Assembly (NCBI RefSeq): GCF_006345805.1
Contig: NC_043005.1
Coordinates: forward strand, 104,656,001-104,720,000
Source: Octopus sinensis
Lineage: Eukaryota
Length of the DNA: 64,000 nt
Direction of reading: 5' to 3'
Position 1 is the stretch's first letter. Every line of letters begins with the position of its first letter. A model generated the notes under the pieces. That model was not told the origin of the DNA and searched no databases. It saw nothing but the letters and a program-made list of their open reading frames with translations. Positions 51,719-64,000 of the stretch are shown in pieces. A program made the translations under genes and the position numbers.

Positions 51719-51804
<86 letters not shown>

Positions 51805-53169
51805 GTACATGTATGTATATCTGTGTGTATGTACTCAAACAAAAACACATGCCAGTCCAATTCTGAGGAACTTTGAGATAAGATAAACCTTAAAAATAAC
51901 TAATTTTACTTTCATTTCTTTTCTTTTGAAAAGGCAGAATAAATTATTTGTATAATTTAAAAGATTAGTCAAAGAATAATAATGGTTTCTTGAGAATTTA
52001 AATTTTATCGTAAACAGCAGCCATAGAGTTGATGTATGCTGGTGGTGGTGGTGGTGATGGTGATGATGGTGAGCAATAATGGTTGGCGCAGGGGGGTTGT
52101 GAGGGTAATAGTGGTGACGGTGGTTGCGGGTGTGGTGGTATGGTAAAAGACAGGAAAGGAAGTGGAAAGAGAACAAAGCGATGATTATAGTACTATTCAG
52201 ACATTTCCATTATACAATAGCACATATATATATATATATGTAAATACAAAATATATACATATGCATTTAAATACATACATATATACTGCATACATACATA
52301 CATGCACTCACAAATATATCTATATATCTATATATGTATTTATATATGTATATATATTAGATTGAAGACGTAGATATAAATATTTAGACAAAGGGTCTCA
52401 AATACATACGCATATATATATAATACGTTTCCAGTGATATTGGGTCGTAAATTTCAAAAACCACCCTTCATTCTACACAATAACTATGAATAAATTATCA
52501 GATTAAAGACAGATTTAGGCCTTCAACGAGATTAGAGAATTATCTTTTGCAGTTTTAATTCCATTTTATGATTTTTATTTCGATTTATTCAACATTTTTT
52601 CAAGATTCTCATTTCTTTTCTTAAGAATTTAAAGCCAGATAGGTTTCATAGTCTTATATGTATATAATTGTACACATAAATAAATGGTTAATTTGTATTT
52701 GTGAGTGCATTCATATACATACATACATACATACATACATACATACATACATACATACACAAACACATACATACATACATACACAAACACATACATAAAT
52801 ACCTATATATGCTTATATATATATATATGTATTTATAGATACACACACATACACACACACACACACATATATATATGCATGTGTGTGAAAGAATGCTAAG
52901 GGAACGTTAAAGTGAGTAAGTGGGTGTGAATTTGAATTTCAATCACAAGATTTTAGCGGTTCAGATCTTTGTACAAGCGATAACTTTTATCTTTAAGGGG
53001 CGGCAATCCCATATTTTTGTGATAGCGTTTCCTTGAGATGAATCGATCTTGGTGCTAAGAATTAAGAAATCTGACATCAATTATAGTGATGAAGTCGATG
53101 AATCACACGATTTACAGCACATGCTGGGAATTCGATCAAATATATATATAATTAAGAAATGAAAACGTG

Positions 53170-53713
53170 CTTTTATTGGGTTCAAACGCTTCTAGTAGAG
53201 TACACTGCTACCCTTGTCCCCTTCCAATCAGGCGTCAACTGTCGAAGTACCCACTTTACACACACTTTCCGATACCCAAAGTCTTCCACCATTTTCTGTA
53301 ATTCATTGCAGCCAAAGTCAAATTTTACAGTAACCTCATGGATTGTGCTCATCTGTCCGCGCATATCAGTTCATCCACTCGCTGGCAATTCGTGTCAGTG
53401 ATCGCAGCTGGTAGTTTCCCTGAGTGCCGTGGGTTGTACTCAGTGCTGGGTTCCCCTTCTTTAAACTTCTTCATCTGTCTCTACACTGTTGTACCAAATT
53501 CTTTTGTCAATTATGTCATCTACGTAACCAATTTGCAGACTGGTGTGAATGTCAAAGTGTCTTCCTCCCGTTCTTCGTTAACAATCTAATGATGGCACGT
53601 TGCTTCTGTTTGGAAGCCATTATTTGCCCGCAATAAAGAAAACGGAGGTTAAAGAATTACTACAGAGTAAGAGCTTCTCTACCAATAAAAACATGCTATT
53701 TGAACAACCCGTG
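53170..53713 (-). mobile_element. Mariner transposase 5' remnant (pseudogene)
   Basis: Minus strand gives MASKQKQRAIIRLL..., KKFKEG...HSG and FGYRKVCVKWVLRQLT (mariner WVPxxL linker motif). Stops and frameshifts present. Confidence 0.8.
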
Positions 53714-53884
53714 TCAATTAATAAAACAGCTATGACTCTGTTACTTGAGACAAATCTCGTGTAGACATGTGTATGTTTGTGTGTACGTGTGGGTGCGCGT
53801 GTTTGTATGTGTTTGTACAAGTGTATATGAGTATTTAATAAGAGATAGATGTAAACCACCAATCTGTTACTAGCTAATAGTCTG

Positions 53885-53920
<36 letters not shown>

Positions 53921-53922
<2 letters not shown>

Positions 53923-54051
53923 GACGGGCCGGGCTTCTTTCAGTTCCCGAGGCTATAGTGGAAGACACTTGCCCAAGGTGACACGCAGTGGGACTGAACC
54001 CGGAACAATGTGGTTAGTAAGCAAACTACTTATCACTCAGCCACTCCTACG

Positions 54052-54053
<2 letters not shown>
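53921..54053 (-). mobile_element. 5' part of SINE family B
   Basis: Reverse complement of 54613-54770 with an internal deletion. Confidence 0.85.
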
Positions 54054-54133
<80 letters not shown>

Positions 54134-54251
54134 TTAGCAATTAAGGACAACTACTTAATAAGGAAAACTTAACAAGAATTGTCAGGTAGATAGCGTAAAA
54201 ACCTCATAGAGAAAAAATTTCGAAAATAATTATTTCTTATTGAACATATTA

Positions 54252-54552
54252 ATTTATATATAGAGGGCATTATACATACATGCCAGGAGGCATTGTATAT
54301 ACATGCCAAACGCTAAGAGGGACAATCAGTCATTTCTACCAAAAATATTACTAATCCCACCGAATGCAATTTTTCAAAGTAAGACATTAAAAATATTTCA
54401 AAGTAAGACATTTAAAAATATTTTTAAATGTCTTACTTTGAAAAATTGCATTCGGTGGGATTAGTAATATTTTTGGTAGAAATGACTGATTGTCCCTCTT
54501 AGCGTTTGGCATGTATATACAATGCCTCCTGGCATGTATGTATAATGCCCTC

Positions 54553-54563
<11 letters not shown>
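54252..54563. repeat. Spacerless palindrome (arms about 144 bp) with a roughly 24-bp tandem duplication near the centre
   Basis: ATTTATATATAGAGGGCATT...CATTTAAAAAT|ATTTTTAAATG...AATGCCCTCTATATATAAAT, centre at 54419/54420. Confidence 0.95.
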
Positions 54564-54612
<49 letters not shown>

Positions 54613-54615
<3 letters not shown>

Positions 54616-55046
54616 GAGTGGCTGTGTGGTAAGTAGCTTGTTTACCAACCACATGGTTCCGGGTTCAGTCCCACTGCGTGGCACCTTGGGCAACTGTCTT
54701 CTACTATAGCCACGGGCCGACCAAAGCCTTGTGAGTGGATTTGGTAGACGGACACTGAAAGAAGCCCGTCGTATATATGTATATATATATATGTATATAT
54801 ATATATATGTGTATGTGTGTGTATATGTTTGTGTGTCTGTGTTTGTCCCCCTAGCATTGCTTGACAACCGATGCTGGCGTGTTTATGTCCCCGTTACTTA
54901 GCGGTTCGGCAAAAGAGACCGATAGAATAAGGACTGGGTTTGCAAAAGAATAAGTCCTGGGGTCGAGTTGCTCGATTAAAGGCGGTGCTCCAGCATGGCC
55001 GCAGTCAAATGACTGAAACAAGTAAAATAGTAAAAGAGTAAAAAGA
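54613..55046 (+). mobile_element. SINE family B, full length
   Basis: CAGGAGTGGCTGTGTGGTAAG head, internal (TA/TG)n, tail (AGTAAAAG)n. Confidence 0.9.
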
Positions 55047-56952
55047 TATATATATATATATATATAAAATAGATAGATAGATATGTATTTTTGTGTAGAT
55101 ACTTAAAGAGTGTAGGGAGAGAGAAAGAGAAAGTGAAAGAGAGAGAATGAGAGAGAGTAAGTGAAAACTAGTACTGCACTGCAATACATGTTTATTTTTA
55201 TTTACAAAAGTCTGTGTCTAATTTTTTAAAATATGATTTGGTATTTTGTCTGCAAATGTATGTTCGTTCATATGTGAAGATAATTGCTTACCTAACTGTG
55301 AGTTGTGGGAGACAAAATTAATATCTACGTGTATATATATTTAACATCGTTATATAATTTCTGCAGATACATTTATATGAAACCAACAGGTACGTAAATT
55401 ACTCTGTGTATCAGAGCTCGACAGAACAAGTGTATGAAAACATGTCTATAACTTCGTGCATATTTATGTGAGCGAGTGAAATTATCAGCCAGATGGAGTT
55501 TCTTGAACACCTTTAGATAAACAATTGAGAGGAAATACTGTGATTAATAAATAGGAAATTCTACTTCATAGATTACATAAACAATTGTCCATTATGGAAG
55601 CAGACTTAATGTTTGAGGTAATAATCCTGAGGTATCTCTTATGTCAGCTGTCTCTACAATTTGTACTGATAGAATAACAATCATTAGTATACTGAGGCGG
55701 CCAGTAGTTCAGTGATGTATATTCCAGCTCTTTGCTGTTCTGAGTTCAAATACTACCAAGATTAACTTTGTCTTTCTTGTTTCAGGCCGCGATGATTAGC
55801 AGTTCAAGTAAAATGCAGGGATTGATTTCCCCCGGTCTTCCTTCTCTTAGAATTGACTCACCTTCTCTAATCAGTCAAATAAGGATGCCTGCCTGCTGAT
55901 CTGAAATCCGGGTAAGAAAAGAAAAAAAAAATAAAGGTTCAGGTAGATTTTAGGATTTGTGGCTTGCACAGTAAACACACGGCATTAAGTATGAATAATG
56001 TATTTTAACACGTTTAAATTTAGACAACCATCTGTTACAAAACTTTGCTTCGAGTCTTGTGAAATTAATTTATAGTTTTAGTGCTATATAATGTACATAT
56101 GCACGACATAATTTTTTGTAACACGCTGACAAGAGTATGTACGCACTAGTACACAGAAAGTATAAAGCTGGCATTATCTCTTCGCGTTCTGAGTTCAAAT
56201 CCTTTCAGAACCCACTTTGTAGTTCTTTCTTTTGAAGTAGTAAAATGAATACTGGTCCTAAGTACAAGAAGAAAATGGATAGATTTTTCGCACACCAGAA
56301 AATTTCATTCTTCTTTGCCTATGATAGAATTAATTATATGTATTTTTTTTTAATTAGAAAAACAGACGTGTAATACCCATAAGATCACCAACGAAAATTT
56401 CAGTCAGATATGTATTTATCGTGGATTTACTTCTGTACAAACACTCTACTTTTCAAATTTCCACTAAATTCTATCGTTTGAAATTTTTCTAGCATAATGA
56501 AAAAGTAAAAAATTTGTACAATATGTCAATGTTACAAGTTATTAGTCAAAATCAGGCTAGAGAGGAAAATTCCCCAAAAACTCCATGAAGTGTAATCGAA
56601 AAGGGAAACACGCTCTTGTAACACAAACTTTTTAATCACACAGCCAATCTGCAACGATGGAATAAGGTGGAACTTCTCTGTGAGAAAGACGGTACAACAC
56701 ATAGATCTGTTCCTAAATCTCTTTGTCCCGTGTGAACTTACCTTTATCTTTTGGTCTCAATTACCACGTTCTATTTTCATGGCTAGTATGGCAGAACAAA
56801 CAAATGTGTTAGCGCAGAAGGGTTTTGAATATGTTCTCTACAAGATTTATGTAGCAGGATGACTTTAAAGAGGAAACCTCGTCGTGGTATATGAGGTTTC
56901 TTTAGGGCAGTGGCATTTTTAGGGTAGTGATGTATACAACACTGCAATTTCC

Positions 56953-57290
56953 TTGTATTTACGGTTTACTGGCAAATACAGGAAGATTTTCAAACGATGC
57001 TCGATTAAAATATCATATAGCTGTTGCCCCAGTATAAAGATAATTAGCACTCGTAAGCAAAAGCACACTCCCATTTCTACCTGTCGAGACCCCGAAGCTT
57101 TCCCACTTGACAAAGCGTGTATGACTAACTGCGTCGTTTATGAGACAGAAGTCACAGCAACGCTGCAAGATGGCTGAAACGAAAATTACATCGGCTTATG
57201 CGAAGGTAATTTCAAAAGACGTTATGCAAACCACCTATCATATTTTTGGCACATCGACACAAGTAAAGCCATTTGGCTGGGTAGCAACGT
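56953..57290 (+). mobile_element. Penelope-like element GIY-YIG endonuclease remnant
   Basis: One frame reads KISYSC...CRDPEAFPLDKAC...VVYETEV...DG*NENYIGLCEGNFKRRYANH, i.e. the Cys-rich linker plus VVY...YIG...R..H of PLE endonucleases, with an in-frame stop. Confidence 0.8.
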
Positions 57291-57767
57291 ATAGTGTTTG
57301 AAGCCCAAATGCACAGCACAGTCAAGTGGAGAATGGTAGACATCCATACTATATGTAAATGGGTCTAAGACCACTCTCTCCGGATTAAACTGCTGTCTCG
57401 TAGGTTTGGACCCTTCTCCGTTGAATTATTTTGCAACAATTTGTTTAATTATGGCTGTTATGATCAAAGAGGACGCGAATCTATTTTTTTCTTTTCTTTT
57501 CTTATTTCGTTTTAACTTACCCTTCCCTTTTTGCAGCAACCTTCCTGTCTTTCTCTCGTGATTTCTCATATACTAGCGTCCTGATTTTCCTGTAAAGTAC
57601 ATGATGTGCTCAGGGCCTGTAGATTGCTTTGAGACACAATGCGTGTTATATAATCATGTTTAGACACGTGTATCCAATGCAAGAGACTTAAGTAGCTCGT
57701 ATCTTTATTCTCTACACATTAAATGGTACATATACATTCATACATGCATACACATATACATATATAC

Positions 57768-57831
<64 letters not shown>

Positions 57832-58143
57832 GTATGTATATATATATATATTTGTATATGTATAGTAAGTCAAATTTAAAGTTAAAGAGTTAAGGTATAG
57901 AAAGTAGGTGTTAAATGCAGTATCAAAACCTTGTTTCAGGTAAGTCCTAGCTAGTGTGTCTGCGGAGCACGTTCACCCCTTATGGCTATCAGGCGTCCTC
58001 ACCGTTGCGCCTGGTGTTATTGCATCGTTCCACGACCACTAGGGCGCAGTGAAACTTGAACCCGAAACAATTTTGTTATTAAATGCTTTTTGTTATACTC
58101 CATCTTCTCCTTTTATCTATAATTATTATATAAATATATAAAT

Positions 58144-58174
<31 letters not shown>

Positions 58175-58341
58175 TATATATAATATATATTATATATATA
58201 TATATATATATAAGATATTAAATTTTTACAAATTTATTACCAGTGACCTAGCATGCATAAATAGTTAATAGACTACATATTATTCAATATAAAATGTTTT
58301 AAATGTACACTATTTTTATTGTATATATATTATCTATATAG

Positions 58342-58375
<34 letters not shown>

Positions 58376-58384
58376 TATATATAT

Positions 58385-59290
58385 GTTCCATTTGTTTCCT
58401 CCTTTGTTCGTAAAAAAAGTTCATGTTCCATATATTCGTATTTGTATTCCATATTTTCGTAAATTTTGTTGTTTATGTTCTGTGATGTCATGTGCCCATA
58501 TATGCATAAGTATATACGTTTGTATGTATGTACATATATGCATATATATATATTGTTTATATTATTATATATGCATATATATATATTGTTTATATTATCA
58601 TATGATTGAACGCTACGCGTCCATTTCCAAGTAATTTTTATCTTAATAATTCTGATGTGACACTTTCTATTCTATTCTATTATTCTAACACTCTTTCGTT
58701 TTCTATCTTCTCACTAATTCTTTTTATGTCCCCTTCTCCCACTCACTTTTTTTCTCTTCGCTTCGCCCTTCTCTGTCTCTCACTTTCTCTCCCTCACTCT
58801 TCCTCCTTTGCTCTCACATGGATACCACATGCCCATCGGCCTTCTTTCTTACTTTCTTTAACTTGAGTTTTTTTTTTCCTCCTGTACGAATAGGATGTAT
58901 TCTTGTCTGTCTCTTGTCCAAGCTTGCTCCTTCGTGTTCGCTACCTCACCTCGTTTAGGCTCAGCAGCCCTTCCTGTTTGTTTTCACTGTCCTGTTTTTG
59001 TTACCAATTTTGGCTCTCCGCAAAATCCCAAATTTTATTTAATTTGCTATGCGGGAGCAACTGCTTTATCGAAGGCGTATCTTGTCGTGAAATGCTCGAA
59101 ATACGAATAAGAAAAACAGCCGACAACTGATGAAGGGCCGTTCTTTATGTTGCGTGTCTTTCCATTTGTTTCCTTCATTATTCGCAAAAGTTCATATTCC
59201 ATGTATTCGTATTTCGTAGTCCATATTTACATATTTTTTGTTGTTTACGTTCGTGATGTCCTGCGCCCACATATACATATGTGTATACGT
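58385..59290. repeat. Diverged direct repeats of about 130 bp bounding a possible Penelope-like non-autonomous element
   Basis: TTCCATTTGTTTCCT...GTGATGTC.TG.GCCCA.ATAT at about 58385-58515 and 59160-59290. Confidence 0.6.
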
Positions 59291-59396
59291 AAATATGTAA
59301 GTATGTACATATACGTATGTATATATGCATATATATATATATTATATATATATTATATATATATATATATAATTATATATATATATATAATATATT

Positions 59397-59730
59397 ACTC
59401 TTTTCTTGTTTCAGTCATTAGCCTGCGACCATTCTGGAGCACCGCCTTGAAGAATTCGAGTGAATCGATCTTGATAATTACTTTTTTAAGCTTGGTAAGT
59501 ATTCAATCGGTTTCTTTTCCCGAACCGCTAAGTTACGCGGGCGTAAACACACCAACATCGGTGGTCAAGTGGTAGTGGTGGACAAACAGACACAAAGACC
59601 ACACATCTACATATATACACACATGACTGGCTTCTTTCAGTTTCCATCTACCAAATCCACTAACAAGGCTTTGGCCCACCCGAAGCTATAGTAGGAGACT
59701 CTTGCTCAAGGTGCAATCCAGTCCGGGACC
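59397..59730 (-). mobile_element. SINE family B, 5'-incomplete
   Basis: Matches 38277-38680. Confidence 0.8.
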
Positions 59731-59762
59731 AGATCAAATAAAAACAAAGCAATACATAATAT

Positions 59763-59795
<33 letters not shown>

Positions 59796-61739
59796 CATAC
59801 CACTGAGCCATGCGCCTTCACAAATATATATATATACTTATATATACATATATATACGCACACATATATATATATATATACATACATACATACATATATA
59901 CATACATATATATACATACAATATATATATATATATAAACATACATACATACATCTTACGATCCACACTTTCACTGTGTTTGCACTACAGTGTGAGAAAG
60001 ACTACATTTGGTGATATCTATCTATATATTTTTCTATGCATGACTGTATATCTATGCATATGTGTGCGCATACGTAGACACACACACTCATGCACATACA
60101 TACACAAATACACGCACACACACACACATATACACACACACACATTCAATATATCGTTAACCTGCCGCAATGTTAATAGCCTAGAAGACCGGTTAAATAA
60201 ATAAGTAGACGAAAAGAAAGAAGCACATACAAAGAAAGAAACAAACAAACCAACAAACAAGTCGATTCCGTGTTGGTGAAAAGACAACAGGAAGACGACA
60301 TATTGCTGTCGTCTGTATAGCATTATGTGTATTTGACTAATTGTCAAATTGCTGGTTTTGGCTTTTGTTTTTACGCCTCTACATTTCTCATTACTATTGT
60401 TTACTGTCATTTTAAACATTCACTTCTGTTCGGATTTTATTTGTTTATATGTATGTATTAGTAACAACGTGTGTGTGTGTATGAATGTTTATGTGTATGT
60501 ACGTGTATATCTAGCAACCTACATACATGTATGAATGCGTGCAGATGTGTGTGTGTGTGTATACGTACATATTTGATTTATTTGCGTGTTTGTGTGTATT
60601 AATGTTTGTTTGCTGTTTTCGGTTTTAATAGAAATGTTATCTTAATCTGATGGGTTACTCTATACTTTTGTAAAGTACAAACTTTTTATTCTTATTCAAG
60701 AATGTTATTGATAGTGACTTCGAAGTGTCTCCCAGCTAAGCTGTCAATATATATTTACTTGGATCTTTATTAGTCTATCTGCTTATCTATCAAAAGCTCT
60801 GTACATTACGTATGTATCACTCTCTCCATTTCTTTCCCCACCTCTCTCTCACACACACACATTGATAGAAACAGATAGCTCTCACTCTTTCTCTTTCTCA
60901 CTCTTTCCCTTTCGCACTCTCTCTCTCTCTTTCCCACTATCCCTCTCTTTCTAACTCTTTCTCTCTTTTTCACTCTCTCTATCATCAGTGTGTATGTGAG
61001 AGAGAAAGAGAGAGAGGGAGAGGGATAGAGGGAGGAAGAGGGAAAGAGGGAGAAGAAAGAGCTAGAGAGAGAGAGAGAAGCGGGGGAGGAGAATGGGAGC
61101 ACGTGCGTGCGTGAGTGTGTCTTATAGTCGCTGTTAGCAGAACTTCCTTTCAGAAAACTCCACATTCTTGAATAAAAGAAATATTTCTGAGTTTCAATTG
61201 AAATTCCCACGTCAATTTCTGTTTGGGTCAAACAAACAATTCAGTCAAGTTGAAACCCCTAAAATATATTTCAGATAAAAAGAACAGAAAAATATTTTCT
61301 TGTTTTTACCGAGAAGAATGGAATTCCCAGGATTGAAAGGAGACTGAGTTTGACCCTGAATAGTAAAGCAAATATTTTACTCTTTTCTTGATATACAAGT
61401 TAGTGTTGTTCCCTTACAATATTTTACTGCTCTCTTGTTATATTTCAAACACCTCCCTCTCTCACCATTACACTCAAGCGTTGCCTATTTTTAATTGTGT
61501 TTAGTATTTTTGGCAACAAACCGACTGAGTCATGTAGCTTACCTCTACTCACGCACATACACATACTGATACGTATGAACATGCATGCACACACACTCAC
61601 AGGTACACACACACAAACAAACACGCATACAGCTGTACGGACAGACACATACGCATACGCATACGCATACGTACATATAAAAACACACACTAACGTACAT
61701 ATGCACATATATAAACGGACAGAGATACATACATTCATA

Positions 61740-61850
61740 CTTTTACTCTTTTACTCTTTTTCTCTTTTCCTTGTTTCAGTCATTTGACTGCGGCCAGGCT
61801 GAAGCACCGCCTTTAGTCGAGCAATTCGACCCCAGGACTTATTCTTTGTA
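61740..61850 (-). mobile_element. 3' end of SINE family B
   Basis: CTTTTACT repeats followed by TTGTTTCAGTCATTTGACTGCGGCC...GACTTATTCTTTGTA. Confidence 0.8.
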
Positions 61851-61862
61851 CTACTACTACGT

Positions 61863-62169
61863 GGAGGCGCAATGGCCCAGTGGTTAGGGCAGCGGACTCG
61901 CGATCGTAGAATCGCGGTTTCGATTCCCAGACCGGGCTTTGTGAGTGTTTATTGAGCGAAAACACCTAAAAGCACCACGAGGCTCCTGCAAGAGGTGGTG
62001 GCGATCCCTGCTCTACTCTTTCGCCGCAACTTTCTCTCACTCTTTCTTATGTTGCCCTGCTCGCTTAGCCAGCGGGGTGGTGTCATTTGAAGGCAAAAAC
62101 AATGCGAAGCGCATTGTGACCAGCGATGTGCAACAACATCTGATAGCCTGGTCGGTTACGGTCACGATG
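61863..62169 (+). mobile_element. tRNA-derived SINE family D, full length, between (CTA)n tracts
   Basis: GGAGGCGCAATGGCCCAGTGGTTAGGGCAG (A-box) ... GGTTTCGATTCCC (B-box), unique body. Confidence 0.9.
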
Positions 62170-62219
<50 letters not shown>

Positions 62220-62810
62220 ATCATTCGACATGCCCTATAGTAGAGAATGATGTTTGGGGGATAACGTTGCCATTTCCAGGAGATCGGATGACGTCGAATA
62301 ACGTAGGGAGGTCTTTGTTGGATTTGATGTTTCTCTATGGAAGTGGCCGAGAAAGTATAAAATTGGAAAAAAAATTAGACATTTTTATATTTCAAGCGTT
62401 TAAATATCAATTGATTTAATTTTCATCTCTGCGAGTTCGATAGAATCAGCTATATACATAATCTGGAGACGATTCGATGCTCCTCACACTTCTCTCCAAC
62501 ATTTCTCACTTCTACCAATGTGAAAATAATCGATATGTAAAACGAAAAAATTCGAGATATAAGAACTGATCAATCTGCTATTGTATTTTAGAAGTCCTAG
62601 TAAAATCATGAATTACAATGTAGTATTACTGAAACTATTTTACGAAGTCCGAGTAACAATTTTCTAATTTTGAGACAAACTCAGTAATTTGAGTTGGGTG
62701 GTCTAACCCGAAAAGATGGAAAGCATAGGTGACCTCGTGTGGATTTGAACTCAGAGCATAAAGAATTCGATGAAACGTCACAAGGAATTTTGTCTGATGC
62801 GCTACCATTC

Positions 62811-63194
62811 CTATTTCTTTATTGCTCACAAGGGGCTACACACAGAGGGGACGAACAAAGACAGACAAAGGTATTAGGTCGATTATATCGACCCCAGTGC
62901 GTAACAGGTACTCAATTTATCGACCCCGAAAAGATGAAAGGCAAAGTCAACCTCGGCGTAATTTGAACCCAGAACGTAACAGCAGACGAAATACCTATTT
63001 CATTATTACCCACAAGGGGCTAAACATAGAGGGGACAAACAAGGACAGACATAGGTATTAAGTCGATTACATCGACCCCAGTGAATAACAGGTACTCAAT
63101 TTATCGACCCCAAAAGGATGAAAGGCAAAGTCAACCTCGGCGTAATTTGAACCCAGAACGTAACAGCAGACGAAATACCGCTAAGCATTTCGCC
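62811..63194 (-). mobile_element. SINE family A dimer inserted in an older family A copy
   Basis: Two tandem units with junction GAAATAG|GTATTTCG at about 62987-63003. Flanked by the 17-bp repeat ATGCGCTACCATTCCTA at 62797-62813 and 63198-63214. Confidence 0.85.
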
Positions 63195-63527
63195 TTAATG
63201 CGCTACCATTCCTACCAGCTCTCAAGCGTGAGAACTCCATCTCATTGTAACAAGCTTATTTCAATAAATATGTTTTTGTAGAGTAACAAGCATGTAGACC
63301 CACACCCCTCTTACTTCCTTCTTCACTCCACCACCACTACCACCATCACCATTCTTATTGAGACATATATAACCCATTCTGTTATTGTTACCGTTTTAAA
63401 CCATATTCTTTCCCAATGATCCCAAGCAATCCAACTGTGACCAGTCTGTCTTTCTGGACGATTACGCAGGTCTACATTGTCATATGCTCCTTCCTTTTCT
63501 TCAAAATCTATCTTTTGGGCTTCATCT

Positions 63528-63726
63528 TTTACTTGTTTCTGTCATTAGACTGCGGCCATACTGGGGCACTGCCTTGAAGAATTTTAGTCGAACGAATCGA
63601 CGCCCAGTATATCTTTTTCTTTGAAAAACATGGTACTTATTCTTTCAGTTTTTTTGTCAAACCGCTAAGTCTCATGGACGTAAACACACCAACACTGGTT
63701 GTGAAGCAACAGGCACACTCTCATAT

Positions 63727-63759
<33 letters not shown>

Positions 63760-63913
63760 TGACGTGTTTGTTTCAACTTTCGTCTACCAAATCCACACAC
63801 AAGACTTTGGTCGTCCCGAGGCTACAGTAGAAGACACTTGCCCAAGGTGCCACGCAGTGGGGCTGAATCCACAACCACGTGTTTGAAAAGTAAGCTTCTT
63901 ACCACACAGCCAC
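63528..63913 (-). mobile_element. SINE family B
   Basis: Matches 38277-38728. Confidence 0.85.
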
Positions 63914-64000
63914 ACAAACTTTTTAAGTCTATCCAAATCTTGTACTTACCATTTCCCTTCCTCTTTCGCCTTTAACTTTGTCTCCTACTATCAGTCTCTG

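Noticed and set aside
57925-58075. Short imperfect inverted repeat with GAAACAA as a hammerhead
   Set aside because: No CUGANGA core in register.
60291-60316. Hairpin AGACGACA-loop-TGTCGTCT
   Set aside because: An 8-bp stem is too short for a pre-miRNA and is expected by chance.

Overview
This is AT-rich, repeat-saturated eukaryotic non-coding DNA (intronic or intergenic). Its SINE families and dense microsatellites look like an Octopus/coleoid cephalopod genome, which is my inference from repeat content. I can support no intact host protein-coding gene; nearly all ORFs in the track are microsatellite or SINE artefacts. Supported content: four tRNA-derived SINE families (many with target-site duplications), four 5'-truncated R4/Dong-like RLE retrotransposon copies stacked in one (TAA)n microsatellite, mariner remnants, a non-autonomous Helitron-like element, a Penelope-like GIY-YIG remnant, and several mini- and microsatellites. 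Two signals stand out. (1) A near-perfect 423-bp palindrome (47082-47504) carries a complete type I hammerhead ribozyme motif on each strand. Several more degenerate hammerheads and fold-back structures occur in short elements beside (TA)n tracts. (2) The main SINE recurs as concatemers joined at the same junction (3' tail fused into the anticodon-like hairpin) at four independent loci, as expected if it were copied from a circular or multimeric RNA. All coordinates were read by eye and may be off by a few bases.
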